Assembly: GCA_963806185.1 (NCBI GenBank)
Contig: CAWDXE010000001.1
Coordinates: 256,001 to 320,000 of the forward strand
Length of the DNA stretch: 64,000 bases
Reading direction: 5' to 3'
Source of the DNA: an uncultured candidate division Zixibacteria bacterium
GTDB lineage: Bacteria > Zixibacteria > MSB-5A5 > GN15 > FEB-12
Below the pieces are notes generated by a model. The model saw only the letters and a list, made by a program, of their open reading frames with translations, was not told the origin of the DNA and did not search any database. Within the stretch, counting starts at the first letter, position 1; every line of letters begins with the position of its first letter. Position numbers and translations under genes: made by a program. This document shows positions 1 to 11,993 of this stretch, one piece after another.

Positions 1-451
1 ACAGGGTGTAGTACGCGACGCGAGTCTGGAAAGCGAGGCGCATGCGCTCGGCATCCAATTGCGCCTGACTCAGTTCGCGGGCCGCCTTGGAAGTAGCGAT
101 ACTGTTGCTGATTCTTCCACCGGTATAGAGCGGCATGGATAGACGAAGGTCGAGTTGATAATTCTGTTCGCTGCCGAGTTCGCGGGAAAATGACGGTGCA
201 CCTGGAATCGGGAGGGCAATGTCGAATGATGGAACAGCACTGATGTACGACGCTGCGCCGTTGGCCGAAAGTGTGGGAAACCGCTCCGCTTGCAGAGCGC
301 GTACGTCCGCTTCGGCACCGGCCAGCCCGGACTGCGCCCGTTTCAGACTTCGCGAATGTTCCTCGGCAAGGCTGAGCGCCTGAGTAAGAGTGAGATCGCG
401 CGCTTGAGCGACACTGCACAGATACACTAGAACAAGGACTATAGCTTTCAT
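1..451 (-). CDS. TolC-family outer membrane efflux protein (N-terminal part; runs off the window)
   Basis: Hand translation from ATG 451: MKAIVLVLVYLCSVAQARDLTLTQALSLAEEHS...RFPTLS...LSMPLYTGGRI...AYYTL. Signal peptide, OEP-type motifs, ATGA overlap with the TetR stop. Not in the ORF track. Confidence 0.8.
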   Translation of the reverse strand, partial: MKAIVLVLVYLCSVAQARDLTLTQALSLAEEHSRSLKRAQSGLAGAEADVRALQAERFPTLSANGAASYISAVPSFDIALPIPGAPSFSRELGSEQNYQLDLRLSMPLYTGGRISNSIATSKAARELSQAQLDAERMRLAFQTRVAYYTL

Positions 452-1086
452 GCTGGTTTAGCTCGCAAACCGTTAAGGAGTAAATCGACAATTACTTTCT
501 TTCGTTCTTCAATAAACGCGTCGCGATCAGTGAGGGGTCCCATGGTGGCAAAAAGTGGTTCGAGAAAATAGAAACCGATGCTCAACGTGAGAAATGCGGT
601 CATGATCTGGCGCGGATCAAAGCGCCGGAACTCACCGGTCTCCATAGAATTTCTGAGCCGAACGATCACGTCCTGCGGGAGTCCGGAGCCGAGAATATTC
701 TTGGTCATCCGGTCGAGGAACTGACGGTCGGGGTTGGCCAATTCACGCATGAGAATGGAACGGACATCGGGCCGGTTTCCAATGAGGGTTGCATGGCGTT
801 CGACGGCGGCGCGAAGGAACTCCTCAAAAGTGAATGATGCAGACAGATCCTGGCGAATGAGCGACATAGCGCGTTGCTGGAATTCATCGATGACGCAGCC
901 GTAGAGCTCGTCCTTGGATTTGAAATGATAGTAGATCATCGCCTTATTGACGCCGGCGTGTTCGGCAATACGATCAACGCGGGCACCGGCAAGGCCGAGT
1001 TCGGCGAATTCCAGGCGGGCGGCTTCGAGGATCTTCTCGCGGGTGGTATCGCTAATGGAATGTTCGTGATCGTTCGCTTCTCTCAT
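448..1086 (-). CDS. TetR/AcrR family transcriptional regulator
   Basis: N-terminal HTH ILEAARLEFAELGLAGARVDRIAEHAGVNKAMIYYHFKSKDELY. Confidence 0.95.
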   Translation of the reverse strand: MREANDHEHSISDTTREKILEAARLEFAELGLAGARVDRIAEHAGVNKAMIYYHFKSKDELYGCVIDEFQQRAMSLIRQDLSASFTFEEFLRAAVERHATLIGNRPDVRSILMRELANPDRQFLDRMTKNILGSGLPQDVIVRLRNSMETGEFRRFDPRQIMTAFLTLSIGFYFLEPLFATMGPLTDRDAFIEERKKVIVDLLLNGLRAKPA

Positions 1087-1119
1087 AACTAACCAGTCAG
1101 TTCAACTAAACTGTTAGTT
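1087..1119. promoter_or_regulatory. Two tandem 16-bp imperfect palindromes, probable TetR autoregulatory operators
   Basis: AACTAACCAGTCAGTT (1087-1102) and AACTAAACTGTTAGTT (1104-1119) abut the tetR start codon. Confidence 0.7.
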
Positions 1120-1221
1120 ATATACGAAAGAAGGGAGGAAAGTTGCAGGAAAATCTGCACTCCCCGTCAAGAATTTTCCTAAGCTATTATACAGCAATAT
1201 CTTACTTTGTGATTATTCCGT

Positions 1222-2814
1222 CTATTTGAGCAGGAGCATCTTCTTTGCTTGGTCGAACCTGCCAGTCACCAGACGGTAGAAATATATCCCGCTGGCGGCT
1301 GGCTGGCCGTTGTCCCCGTAGCCGTCCCAGGTAATCTGATGGGTTCCCGCCGTGAGTTCCTGATCGCCAAAGATTCAGACAAGTTGTCCGAGGCTATTGT
1401 AGATGCGAAGAGAGACCCTTTCTTTCTGTGGCAGACTGAAGCTGATCACAGACTGGCTGTTGAAGGGGTTGGGGTAGTTTTGGGAGAGGCTGAAATCTGA
1501 CGGCAGCGGCTCCGGGTCATCGTTGGTCACATCGGTTGGAATCGCTGCGGTCCCGGTCTGGACAAAGAGTCGGCGCTGGTTGTACGGTTCCGGGGCGACA
1601 GCGGTATAGCAAACGGCAAACGATGAAGAGCTTGGCATCGCTGCGATCCAGACATTCTGAACAGATTCGCCCGCATAGGTAATGTTGTCTGAGGTAAGGT
1701 GGCTCCACGAACGATCGTATAGTTCGAGGTGGTCCCCCGTGTGCGATCGAGTGGTTGCGAGAATAGCAAAGCCATTCTGCAGCGTTACGGGCAGGAGGTT
1801 TTCGGATCTCGCGGCCGGGACCGAGGCCACAAATTCGAACCCGTCCGTTTGTGTGTTTAGTTTGCGGATTTCACGAGCCCCTCTCAGGGCAAAAAACTGT
1901 CCGGAGTCGGTCGTTACATGGCGGACATCGTACCAGGTGGCATCATCCGCAAGATACACGCTGTCGATGACGACGCCAGAGTCGTTAACGCTGTCCAGCG
2001 CAATGGAATGGGTTCGGTAGTACACCTCGGGACGAAAACACCAAGGTTCCATATCCATGTAAAAATAGAGATGGCAAAACAGATCAGGATCGACGATGGA
2101 TATACCCTGGGCGGTAGTGATAAATTCCGATCTTCCCCCGGAGGTATGCGCCGAGGGATAGGTATTTGCCCGGGGCAGGCGGAAGTTTTCCTTCTGCTTT
2201 GTTACCAGATTCGTCACGACGACGGAGTGAATATCGCGGATGGTTTCGAACCAATCACTACCGGTGGTATATTCGAGATACAAGAGCGAATCCAGAATCG
2301 CACTGCGAACATCCCAGGGCCAGACTGTTCTGTCGGATGTTTGCCATTTGCCCAGCAGAATACTCTGTGCGAGTTCATCAGTAGTTGGGACGCTCGATTG
2401 GAAAATCGTTTCAAGGAAGTAAACGGAGTCAACGGACGGCGTGGTAGTTGCGCCGACTGACCGGTCTGTTTTCCAAAGAAGAACGTTATGATTGCCGGCC
2501 TTTGTCAACCAGGCATCAAAAACCATGGCATCGGGAATAACTGATCCGAGAGGAACGCATGATTCGGGGTGGGTCGGATCGGCGATCTTGAATCCGACAA
2601 GCTCAGTGTCGGTAGTCGTCTGACGTATTGCATAAATCAGGATGCCGCTGGAGTCGACAATTATTGACGGCTGACCAAGCGTATGCCCAATTACGGTGTC
2701 GAGCATGACGGCGGGACCCAATTGGATATCTTGTCCGAACGCCGCGCCTTCACAAAGTACGGCAAGCACGAAAAGTGCCGAAATGAACGGCTGGCAAGAT
2801 ACACCGCGAGTCAT
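1222..2814 (-). CDS. Secreted protein with T9SS type A/FlgD-like C-terminal sorting domain; in-frame TGA at 1375-1377
   Basis: GGAGG RBS before ATG 2814, signal peptide, LSQNYPNPFN. After the TGA the same frame continues IFGDQELTAGTHQITWDG...ASGIYFYRL...KKMLLLK to TAG at 1222. Confidence 0.75.
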
Positions 2815-2920
2815 AGATCCTCCAGAGGTATCATAGATAATATAGTCGAATTGCGGGAAGTCACAAGGTTGAAACAAGAAGATCGGCGCGATGGCGATGG
2901 AGACGCTAACCAATTGTGGA

Positions 2921-3451
2921 TTAGCGCGTTATCTTGAGCTTCACCCGACCGTCGAGAGTGATCGCGGCGCCGGCCGAATTGGCGAACTGGGCGTTGACGG
3001 TGGCAAACAAGTGTCCCTTGCTGATCGAGTCGATCACCATCTCACCACTGGTCGGTCGATAGATCTTAGATTCGGCCGGCAAATCATAGCGTCCGACCAG
3101 ATTTACAAATGAGTTCTCGGCCAGCGGTATGGTCTGAGGCGAAGGTTCACCGGGGAGGTGGACGTACAGGCGGTACCGGAGGCTTTCATCGTAGCCGAGC
3201 ACTGAACCGTATTCGGTGGCGTGGCGCTGTCCCCGGCGGTTCATCGTGACAACGATGGTATTGCCGGTACCGGGCACAACTTTGACGTCGGCGTACGGAT
3301 CGGCCAGTTGTGATCCGACGATAAATTCGCGCTGGAGTACTTTGGCATTGCCGCGACTGCCCTCATCGGTAACAAAAAGATCGAGGCGGTAGCGGCTGGT
3401 GCAGCCGAAGGTGAGAAAGAGAAGCAGCGAGACGACAAGTATTCGTCGCAT
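2921..3451 (-). CDS. Hypothetical lipoprotein
   Basis: MRRILVVSLLLFLTFGC lipobox-type signal peptide; co-directional with the upstream genes. Confidence 0.7.
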   Translation of the reverse strand: MRRILVVSLLLFLTFGCTSRYRLDLFVTDEGSRGNAKVLQREFIVGSQLADPYADVKVVPGTGNTIVVTMNRRGQRHATEYGSVLGYDESLRYRLYVHLPGEPSPQTIPLAENSFVNLVGRYDLPAESKIYRPTSGEMVIDSISKGHLFATVNAQFANSAGAAITLDGRVKLKITR

Positions 3452-3470
3452 GACAGCGGGCTCAAATCAC

Positions 3471-4598
3471 TTAAAGGGGCATCTCCATGATGCGGTATTT
3501 CTTATACAACCTGGCGCCCATATCGGCGGCCGCGCGGTTCATCAATTCGTTCGTCTCGAGAATCCACGACAGCTCGGCCCAGTGGTACCCCTTCTCGCTG
3601 CCCTGACGAAAGGTATTGGTGTACAGCATAAGGTCGATCGCCCGCTTCTGAAATTTGGGGACGACGCCCATGGTGAGCATGCGGACACCGTTGATTTTGT
3701 TCCGCACCTTGGTGTGCCAGAGAAGTTTGAAGATGCCAACGGGGAGCAGGCGGCCGTGGAGGTGGATCAGGGCCTGATTGATATCGGGAAGCGCGAGCGA
3801 GAACGCCACCGGCTCGCCGTCGTGTTCGGCGATGAAGACCATGTCGGGATCGACAATCTGTTTCAGCTGTTTGGCCATGGCGAAGAATTCCTCTTCATCC
3901 ATCGGCACAAAGCCCCAATTGGGCGCCCAGGCGGCGTTATAGATTTCCAATACCTTGCGGACTTCATTGTCGAAGTCTCGCATGCGCAGAGTTCGGATCT
4001 TAATCCCGCCGCGTTTTTGCAATGCCTCGGTGACGCGAGCGACCCGATCGGAAATGCCGGCGGTCTTGTCCAACCGATAGGCATTCAGGTCCATGACCTT
4101 CTTGAGTCCGAATTTCTCGGCCAGTTTCGGCTGGTAGGGATAGTTCCAGGGCATCATGACGGTAGGCGGCAGGTCGAAGCCATCGATCAAAAAACCGATC
4201 TCGTGATTGGTGGAGAAATTCATCGGGCCGCGCATCCGTTCCATCCCCTCTTTCTTGAGGGTGATCATCGCCACTTTGAGCAGCCGCTGGGCGACATCGA
4301 AATCATCAATCGAATCGAAGAAGCCAAAGAAGCCGGTCTTTTCAGCGTGATAATCATTGTGACGGTAGTTGACGCAGGTTGCGACGCGCCCGCACACTTC
4401 GCCATCCTTTACGGCCAGAAACAGGCGCGTGCGGGCAGACCGATAGAAGGGGTTTTTCTTCGTGTCGAAAAACTCGTTGCGTTCGCTCACGAGTGGGACG
4501 ACGTATTGTGAGATACCCTTGTAGAGGGTGGTGGGAAAACGGATAAACTGTTTCAGTTGATCTTTCGACTCAACTTCAACAACATCGAGAGTGGCCAT
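3471..4598 (-). CDS. GNAT-fold acyltransferase, bacterial ceramide synthase (bCerS)-like
   Basis: 375 aa; GFFGFFDS, RGPMNFSTNHEIG, AELSWILETN motifs; starts 9 bp after the spt-like gene. Confidence 0.7.
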   Translation of the reverse strand: MATLDVVEVESKDQLKQFIRFPTTLYKGISQYVVPLVSERNEFFDTKKNPFYRSARTRLFLAVKDGEVCGRVATCVNYRHNDYHAEKTGFFGFFDSIDDFDVAQRLLKVAMITLKKEGMERMRGPMNFSTNHEIGFLIDGFDLPPTVMMPWNYPYQPKLAEKFGLKKVMDLNAYRLDKTAGISDRVARVTEALQKRGGIKIRTLRMRDFDNEVRKVLEIYNAAWAPNWGFVPMDEEEFFAMAKQLKQIVDPDMVFIAEHDGEPVAFSLALPDINQALIHLHGRLLPVGIFKLLWHTKVRNKINGVRMLTMGVVPKFQKRAIDLMLYTNTFRQGSEKGYHWAELSWILETNELMNRAAADMGARLYKKYRIMEMPL

Positions 4599-4607
4599 AA
4601 GAGATTT

Positions 4608-5834
4608 CTACGAGATAAGTCCTTTTTCGCGTCCGACTTTGGCCATGACCTCGACCACACGGTCCAGGTGCTTTTCGGTGTGGGTTGCGGTGTACGAGGT
4701 CCGGATCATGGCTTGTCCGGGGGGAACGGCGGGTGAGATCACCGGGTTGGTAAACACGCCGTTGTCATAGAGCGCTTTCCAGAAAGCGAAGCATTCCAGA
4801 TCTTCGCCGACCACGATCGGTACGATGGGGGTCTGCGTGTGTCCGATGTTGAAGCCGAGGCTTCGGAATTCCCGCTGCATGCGCTGGGCGTTTTTCCAGA
4901 GCTGTTCGCGCCGCTGGGGTTCGCTTTCAATAATGTCCAGGGCAGCCAGCACGGCGGCGGCTGAGGAGGGTGTCATGGAAGCGGAGAAGATGAGCGCCCG
5001 GGCCGTGTGCTGGATGTAGTCGATAACGTCAGCCTCACCGGCGATAAACCCGCCCAGCGCGGCAAATGATTTGGAGAAGGTGCCCATGATGAGGTCGACT
5101 TCACTGGACAAGCCGAAATGTTCGGCGGTGCCGGCGCCGGTCTTGCCGAGGACACCGACCGCATGAGCGTCATCGACCATGACCTTAGCGTTGTACTTCT
5201 TGGCCACTTTCACCAGGTTCGGCAAATCGATGATGTCGCCTTCCATCGAGAAAACGCCATCCACGACCACAAGAATGCCGCCCCGACCGTTGTTGGCGCG
5301 CACATTCTTAATGACGCGTTCGAAATCTTCCATGTCGTTGTGCGCGAACTTGTAGACCTTGCCATATGAGAGGCGGCAGCCATCGACAATGCAGGCATGC
5401 ACCTGGCGATCGATGATGATGGCGTCGTTCTTTCCAACCAGACAAGAAATGGTTCCCAGGTTGGTCTGGAAGCCGGTGGAAAAAACGAGTGCGCGCTCCT
5501 TGTGGACGAATTTAGCCAGACGTCGCTCAAGTTCCAGATGGAGATCGAGCGTGCCGTTCAGGAAGCGTGAACCGGTACATCCGGAGCCGAATTCCATGGC
5601 GGCCTTGGCGGCGGCTTCTCTGACTTTGGGATGATTGACCAAGCCGAGGTAGTTGTTGGAGCCGGCCATAACGCAGGGCTGGCCATCGACGATGACCTCA
5701 TCGCCCGGGGCACTCTGGATGGGGTGAAAATAGGGATAGATGCCGAGCGCTTTGACATCGTCGGCGGCGGTGAATTTGTAGCACTTCTCAAAGAGGTCAG
5801 GAAATGTTACTTGCGGTGCGTCCTTGGCCTGCAA
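4608..5834 (-). CDS. spt: PLP-dependent alpha-oxoamine synthase, probable serine palmitoyltransferase
   Basis: GIYPYF, GSNNYLGL, GSRFLNGT, DDAHAVG, MGTFSKS (PLP lysine). The bCerS-like neighbour favours Spt over BioF/Kbl. Confidence 0.75.
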   Translation of the reverse strand: MQAKDAPQVTFPDLFEKCYKFTAADDVKALGIYPYFHPIQSAPGDEVIVDGQPCVMAGSNNYLGLVNHPKVREAAAKAAMEFGSGCTGSRFLNGTLDLHLELERRLAKFVHKERALVFSTGFQTNLGTISCLVGKNDAIIIDRQVHACIVDGCRLSYGKVYKFAHNDMEDFERVIKNVRANNGRGGILVVVDGVFSMEGDIIDLPNLVKVAKKYNAKVMVDDAHAVGVLGKTGAGTAEHFGLSSEVDLIMGTFSKSFAALGGFIAGEADVIDYIQHTARALIFSASMTPSSAAAVLAALDIIESEPQRREQLWKNAQRMQREFRSLGFNIGHTQTPIVPIVVGEDLECFAFWKALYDNGVFTNPVISPAVPPGQAMIRTSYTATHTEKHLDRVVEVMAKVGREKGLIS

Positions 5835-6074
5835 TCCGACTCCTTCGTAGTGAGGTTCCGATTCTCGCTTAAGCCGCTCATAAAACCACTTTTGACCGCA
5901 TTTGTCAAGAGGTTAGCCGGGGCTGCCAAGCGTAACACGGTCGCAAGACGGTCCATCGAGAGCCATTCAACCTCTTGCAGGACAACGGCAAAAAAACTCC
6001 CGACCAACCAGGGTGGGCAGCCAGCATCAAAACCGTGGCCGATTCTGGCCGAGGTAGCGTGTGACGCTGAAAGT

Positions 6075-7301
6075 TCAGCCTCTCCCCCGATGTCCGCCTC
6101 CCCTGGACTTCAGGCCCAACCCCATGACGGCTGCTGGAATGATGTCTCGGCGGTTGAGCCAATGGTAAAGAATGGCCAGGACCACGTAGGCGATGGCCAC
6201 CTCAACGCGAATTTGTTCGACCAGCAATTGGGCGGCAAAAAGCACAAAGAGCAACAGGCCGTCAAGGCGACTCAGCCGCAGATTAACCAACAGGGCAACA
6301 GCAAACAATGACTGGGCGGCGGTGAGAATGAGCTCGTGATCCTGCAGAGTGTCGAGCATGAACGGCCTGATAGCGCCGCCCGAGATGGCATAGACGAGAG
6401 GAATGGTTCCGACCAGCAGGGTCCATTGATTGACTTTCGACGAAATGAGCGCTTTGAGCGCTGAGCCGGCAGCACCCCGAAGGGTCCAGGTGGCGGCGAC
6501 GATAAATTCCGGTGACTCCGAGGCGATAGGGGCCAGCCACTGCACCAGCAGGAACTCCTTGATGCCGAGCACTTTGCCCATTGAGACGAGCGATTCGGCA
6601 AACGGTTCAGCGACAAAGAAGATAACGCCACCAGCGAAGAGAAACATCAAGCCGGTGGTCAGCCTTCGCGGCATCGTTTTCATATTCGCCACGATCTTAA
6701 CGGGGCCGACTAGTTCTGGTTCATCGGATTCTATCTGAGCGGCACGTCGTGTATACAAGAAGAAGAGTGTCACCAAGATCAGCGTGTCGAACAGATTGAG
6801 GCTACCCTTGAGAGGAATGGTAAAGGAGTACAGGGTGGCCATAGCGAGATAGAAGATCTCGACACGTTGCGTCTCGTGCAGGATGATTTCTTTCTTCTTT
6901 TTGGCGATGACATAAAGCAGGAGAATAAACGGCCAGCCGAGCCCGACGAGCAGGCGATTGGCGCCAGTCATGTTGGCTATGGCATAATGGGCCTGGCTGG
7001 GATCGTGAGCCGCTTTCCAGGTGAAGACGAAGTCCACGGCATACTCAGGTAAGACGGCGATGAGCGCGAGGATGGCGACGGCGAGCGATTCCGATATATC
7101 GACCTGGGCCGCTTCGGCGGCCCAGGACAGGATGAAGGCGGCGCCGAAGATCGCGATACCAAAGGCGAACACGCCGATGATGGGCGAGAGCGGGACATGA
7201 AACAGGCCGCACAGCAGGCCGGGCAGAGTGACGACCAGGGCCACAATGAGAATCAAATAGAGATACGGATCGATATCATACTTTTTGTGTTGATGCTCCA
7301 T
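6075..7301 (-). CDS. Sodium/calcium exchanger (CaCA) family membrane protein
   Basis: Two alpha-repeats (IAVLPEYAV...ANMTGANRL; IASESPEFIV...SSKVNQWTL); multiple TM segments. Confidence 0.85.
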   Translation of the reverse strand: MEHQHKKYDIDPYLYLILIVALVVTLPGLLCGLFHVPLSPIIGVFAFGIAIFGAAFILSWAAEAAQVDISESLAVAILALIAVLPEYAVDFVFTWKAAHDPSQAHYAIANMTGANRLLVGLGWPFILLLYVIAKKKKEIILHETQRVEIFYLAMATLYSFTIPLKGSLNLFDTLILVTLFFLYTRRAAQIESDEPELVGPVKIVANMKTMPRRLTTGLMFLFAGGVIFFVAEPFAESLVSMGKVLGIKEFLLVQWLAPIASESPEFIVAATWTLRGAAGSALKALISSKVNQWTLLVGTIPLVYAISGGAIRPFMLDTLQDHELILTAAQSLFAVALLVNLRLSRLDGLLLFVLFAAQLLVEQIRVEVAIAYVVLAILYHWLNRRDIIPAAVMGLGLKSRGGGHRGRG

Positions 7302-7333
7302 GAGAAGTTGCCCCTATTTCACCAGAGACTTGA

Positions 7334-8242
7334 TTAGCCTCGAATTACCATATTGACGATGTCCTTGCGCAGGAGTACGCCGACCAAGTTGTTGTCGTTG
7401 TCGGTGACGAAGACGCGGCGGACGTCCTTGAAGATCATGGCCGCAGCAACGTCAACGATTCGGGTGTTCGGCGAGGCGACCATTTGATCGGTGCGATAGA
7501 GTTGGGCCACCTTGATTTTATCCTCCTGCTTGAGAAGGTCTTCAAATGGTTCGCCGTCGATCGAATATCTCATATATTCAATTTCCCGGGCATCGGCCGG
7601 CAGAGCGGCGCGAATCAAATCTCGATCGCTGATTTGTCCCAGCAGTTTACGGTTATGGTCGACAACGGCGAGCGCCGACAGGCGATGACGAAACATCAGA
7701 TTGGCAACATCCTTCAGTGAGTCCTCGGGGGTGACGGTCGCAACGCGGTGGCGCATCACGTCCTTGACCACCAGTTCCTTGTCAACTACCACGTTGGCGT
7801 CGGAGATCATCTTGACGATGTCGGGCGGGCCGGCGGCAGCCAGCAGGCGGGCGAGGGAATCCGGCCGACGAGCAAAGGTAGCCAAGCCGGAGAGCGTCTG
7901 TAAATACAGCTTCGCGATGTGTGACGGAGTCAGCAAGAGGCACACAACGTGCAGCATCTGACCATCACTGGTACGGCCGGCCATGCCGTGCTTTGAGACA
8001 CCGATGAGGATAAACATCTCGGCCACAGCGTCAGTCCGCGCGTGGGGGAAGGCAAAGCCGTGGCCGTAACAGGTATCCTCGATTTCTTCGCGTTCGCGAA
8101 TAGATCTGAGAACAGAATCGTAATCGAATGCCACGCCTTCGGCGACGATCATGTCGAGGAGTTCACGAATCGCCTCGTCTTTTGTCTGAGCGACGAGATC
8201 AATATTGATCCGGCGCTCCATCAGCAAATTAGCCAATTTCAT
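7334..8242 (-). CDS. PTS EIIA(Fru/Ntr)-type domain fused to a CBS pair
   Basis: EREEIEDT...FAFPHAR phospho-His motif, then two CBS domains (VKDVMRHRVATVTPEDSL; LVGVLLRKDIV). Confidence 0.85.
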   Translation of the reverse strand: MKLANLLMERRINIDLVAQTKDEAIRELLDMIVAEGVAFDYDSVLRSIREREEIEDTCYGHGFAFPHARTDAVAEMFILIGVSKHGMAGRTSDGQMLHVVCLLLTPSHIAKLYLQTLSGLATFARRPDSLARLLAAAGPPDIVKMISDANVVVDKELVVKDVMRHRVATVTPEDSLKDVANLMFRHRLSALAVVDHNRKLLGQISDRDLIRAALPADAREIEYMRYSIDGEPFEDLLKQEDKIKVAQLYRTDQMVASPNTRIVDVAAAMIFKDVRRVFVTDNDNNLVGVLLRKDIVNMVIRG

Positions 8243-8248
8243 ATGTAG

Positions 8249-8899
8249 TCACCTGCCGGTTGTCGCGGGCCGCGACAAATGACGGGCATGAATCAGGTCG
8301 GGGGACGCGGCGCCACCCGATACCAGATACTTCACCCCTTGCTCGACGGTCATATCCAGGACATACGCTTTGTCGGCCGGGACGAGGGCGACGTTACCGG
8401 TCATCGGAGTAGGCGTCGAGGGAATGAACACGGCGATATAGGGGTCGCGAGATCCGTCGACAGCTATTTCCAGACGATGCGTAATGAATCCGATCGCGTA
8501 GATGCCGACGCGCGGATATTCGACCAGAGCAACCTCTTTGAAGGAAGTCGAGGACGAGCCGGCCATCGCTTCCAGAAGCTGCTTGGCGGCGGAATACACC
8601 GGCCGCACCAAAGGCATGCCGTTGAGAAATCGGTCGCCCAGATGGTAGATTTGAGCACCGAGGAAATTGCGCGTAATGATTCCGGCGATAATGATGATGA
8701 CAAGCGTGGTCACCAGGCCAAGGCCGGGGATGGCAAAACCGAAGAGTTTGGTGATGACCGGCTGGAGGATGTCATCGACGGTGCTAAAGAGCAGCCGCAG
8801 GACCAGATAGGTGAGTATGACCGGAACGACAACGAGAACGCCGCTGAGGAAATACCGTTTGATAATGTTGGCCGCACCAGAGAATACCGACATACCCAT
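8249..8899 (-). CDS. DUF502 family membrane protein
   Basis: FLSGVLVVVPVILT, PLVRPVYSAAKQL, VEYPRVG, VFIPSTPTPMTG. Confidence 0.85.
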   Translation of the reverse strand: MGMSVFSGAANIIKRYFLSGVLVVVPVILTYLVLRLLFSTVDDILQPVITKLFGFAIPGLGLVTTLVIIIIAGIITRNFLGAQIYHLGDRFLNGMPLVRPVYSAAKQLLEAMAGSSSTSFKEVALVEYPRVGIYAIGFITHRLEIAVDGSRDPYIAVFIPSTPTPMTGNVALVPADKAYVLDMTVEQGVKYLVSGGAASPDLIHARHLSRPATTGR

Positions 8900-8947
8900 C
8901 CCATCCACCAATTAGTGCCCGGAGTATAGAATTAGTACGGAATAAAG

Positions 8948-10496
8948 TCAATTGGAATGGAATGTACTCAGTGCGGGGGAATGCAGCCCGTAGGCAGCCG
9001 GGATCTGGTTCGCGAACTGGAGAATCGGCTCAGGGAACAGACCAAACAGAACGACGCCCACCAAGCCAACCATGACCACGATCATCGCGGCACGGGAAGG
9101 CCGGAATGCAGCGGTGTCGGCGGTGGGATTGAAGTACATAGCGCGAATGACTCCGGCATAGTAGTAGAGGCCGAAAACCGAAGTGAGCAGGCCAATGCCG
9201 ACCACCCAGTAGAGCCAGGAGAAGCTCGGGCCTACGCCGGCCATTTTGATGGCCGCGGCGAAAACGTAGTATTTCGCGAGGAAACCGGCCAGGGGCGGTA
9301 TGCCGGTCAGCGACAGGAGAAAGACGCTGAGGGTACCGGCCAGGAAAGGAGAGCGGCGCGACAGGCCGTTGTAAGCGTCGATTTCGCATGAGCCGGTCTT
9401 GTCTTCGATGATGGCTACGATGGCAAAGGCACCCATGTTGGCGAACAGGTAAGCGAACATGTAAAAGCCGACCGAAGCGAGGCCGAGCTCGTTGACGGCG
9501 ATCATGCCGATCATGACGTAACCGGCCTGGGCAATCGACGAATAGGCCAGCATACGCTTGATGTTGGTCTGGCGAATCGCCAGTACATTGCCGATCACCA
9601 GTGCGGCATCGCCAGAGCGCCGGCAATGATTCCCCAATCGTTGGGGCTCATGACCGGATCGTAGAAGGCGAACAATCCGTTGACGATGATCTTGGCGAAC
9701 GCGACCAGCCCGGCGGCCTTGGAACCGACCGACAGGAAAGACGCGACCGGGGTCGGCGCACCTTCATAGACATCCGGCGCCCACTGGTGGAAGGGCGGCA
9801 GCGCCAGTTTGAAGCCGAGGCCGGCCAGAATGGTCGCGGTTGCCAGAATCAGCACCACGCCGATATCACCGCCATTGCCCAATTGGGTGATGGCGATATT
9901 GACTTTCATCTGCAGAATGTCGGTCGTGCCGGACAGACCGTACAGGAACGACAGACCGTAGAGCAGCACGGCCGAGGAGAAGGCGCCGATGATCAGATAC
10001 TTGATGCCGGCTTCGACGGAAAGGCGATCATCCTTGAAGAAGGCGGCCAGCACGAACAGCGGGATGGTGGTCAGTTCAAGGCCGATATACAGCGACAGCA
10101 ATTCGTTGCTTGAGCGCCAGAAACATCATGCCGACGGTCGAGAGCAGGATCAGGCCGAAGAACTCGCCGCGATGGTTGATGATCTTTTCGCTGAACGATG
10201 CCGAACGACGAGCCGATGGCCATGAAGGCGGCGCCGAGGAAGATGATTTTGAAGAACAGGGCGAGCGGGTCGTTGAAGAACATCGTCCCGAAGCCAGACC
10301 GAAACCGTAGACACCGGCGCAAGAGAGCCCACAGAGAAGCCGGCGACAACCAGGCCGACCATGGCGAGGTAGGCGACGCTGTGGCCGACTTACGGCTGGT
10401 GAACAGGTCGTAGGTGAACACCAGGAGCGCCCAGCCGAAGAGAATGATCTCCGGGGCCATCAGCCAAAGGTTATAGTCGGGCAGTGTCGTTTCCAT
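8948..10496 (-). CDS. nuoN: NADH-quinone oxidoreductase subunit N (apparent frameshifts)
   Basis: Fragments in three frames: APEIILF, EAGIKYLIIGAFSS, PFHQWAPDVYEGAPTP, KRMLAYSSIAQAGY, GIPPLAGFLAKY. Confidence 0.9.
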
Positions 10497-10500
10497 ACGT

Positions 10501-11988
<1,488 letters not shown>

Positions 11989-11993
11989 ATGTC

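Noticed and set aside
1375..1377. Selenocysteine or genetic-code reassignment
   Set aside because: The position is non-catalytic, I saw no SECIS-like hairpin, and TGA ends many other genes in the window.
3399..4511. Long antisense ORFs (also 15058-16038, 50274-51248, 43404-43979 and others)
   Set aside because: They are shadows of well-supported opposite-strand genes in GC-rich DNA, with no recognisable motifs.
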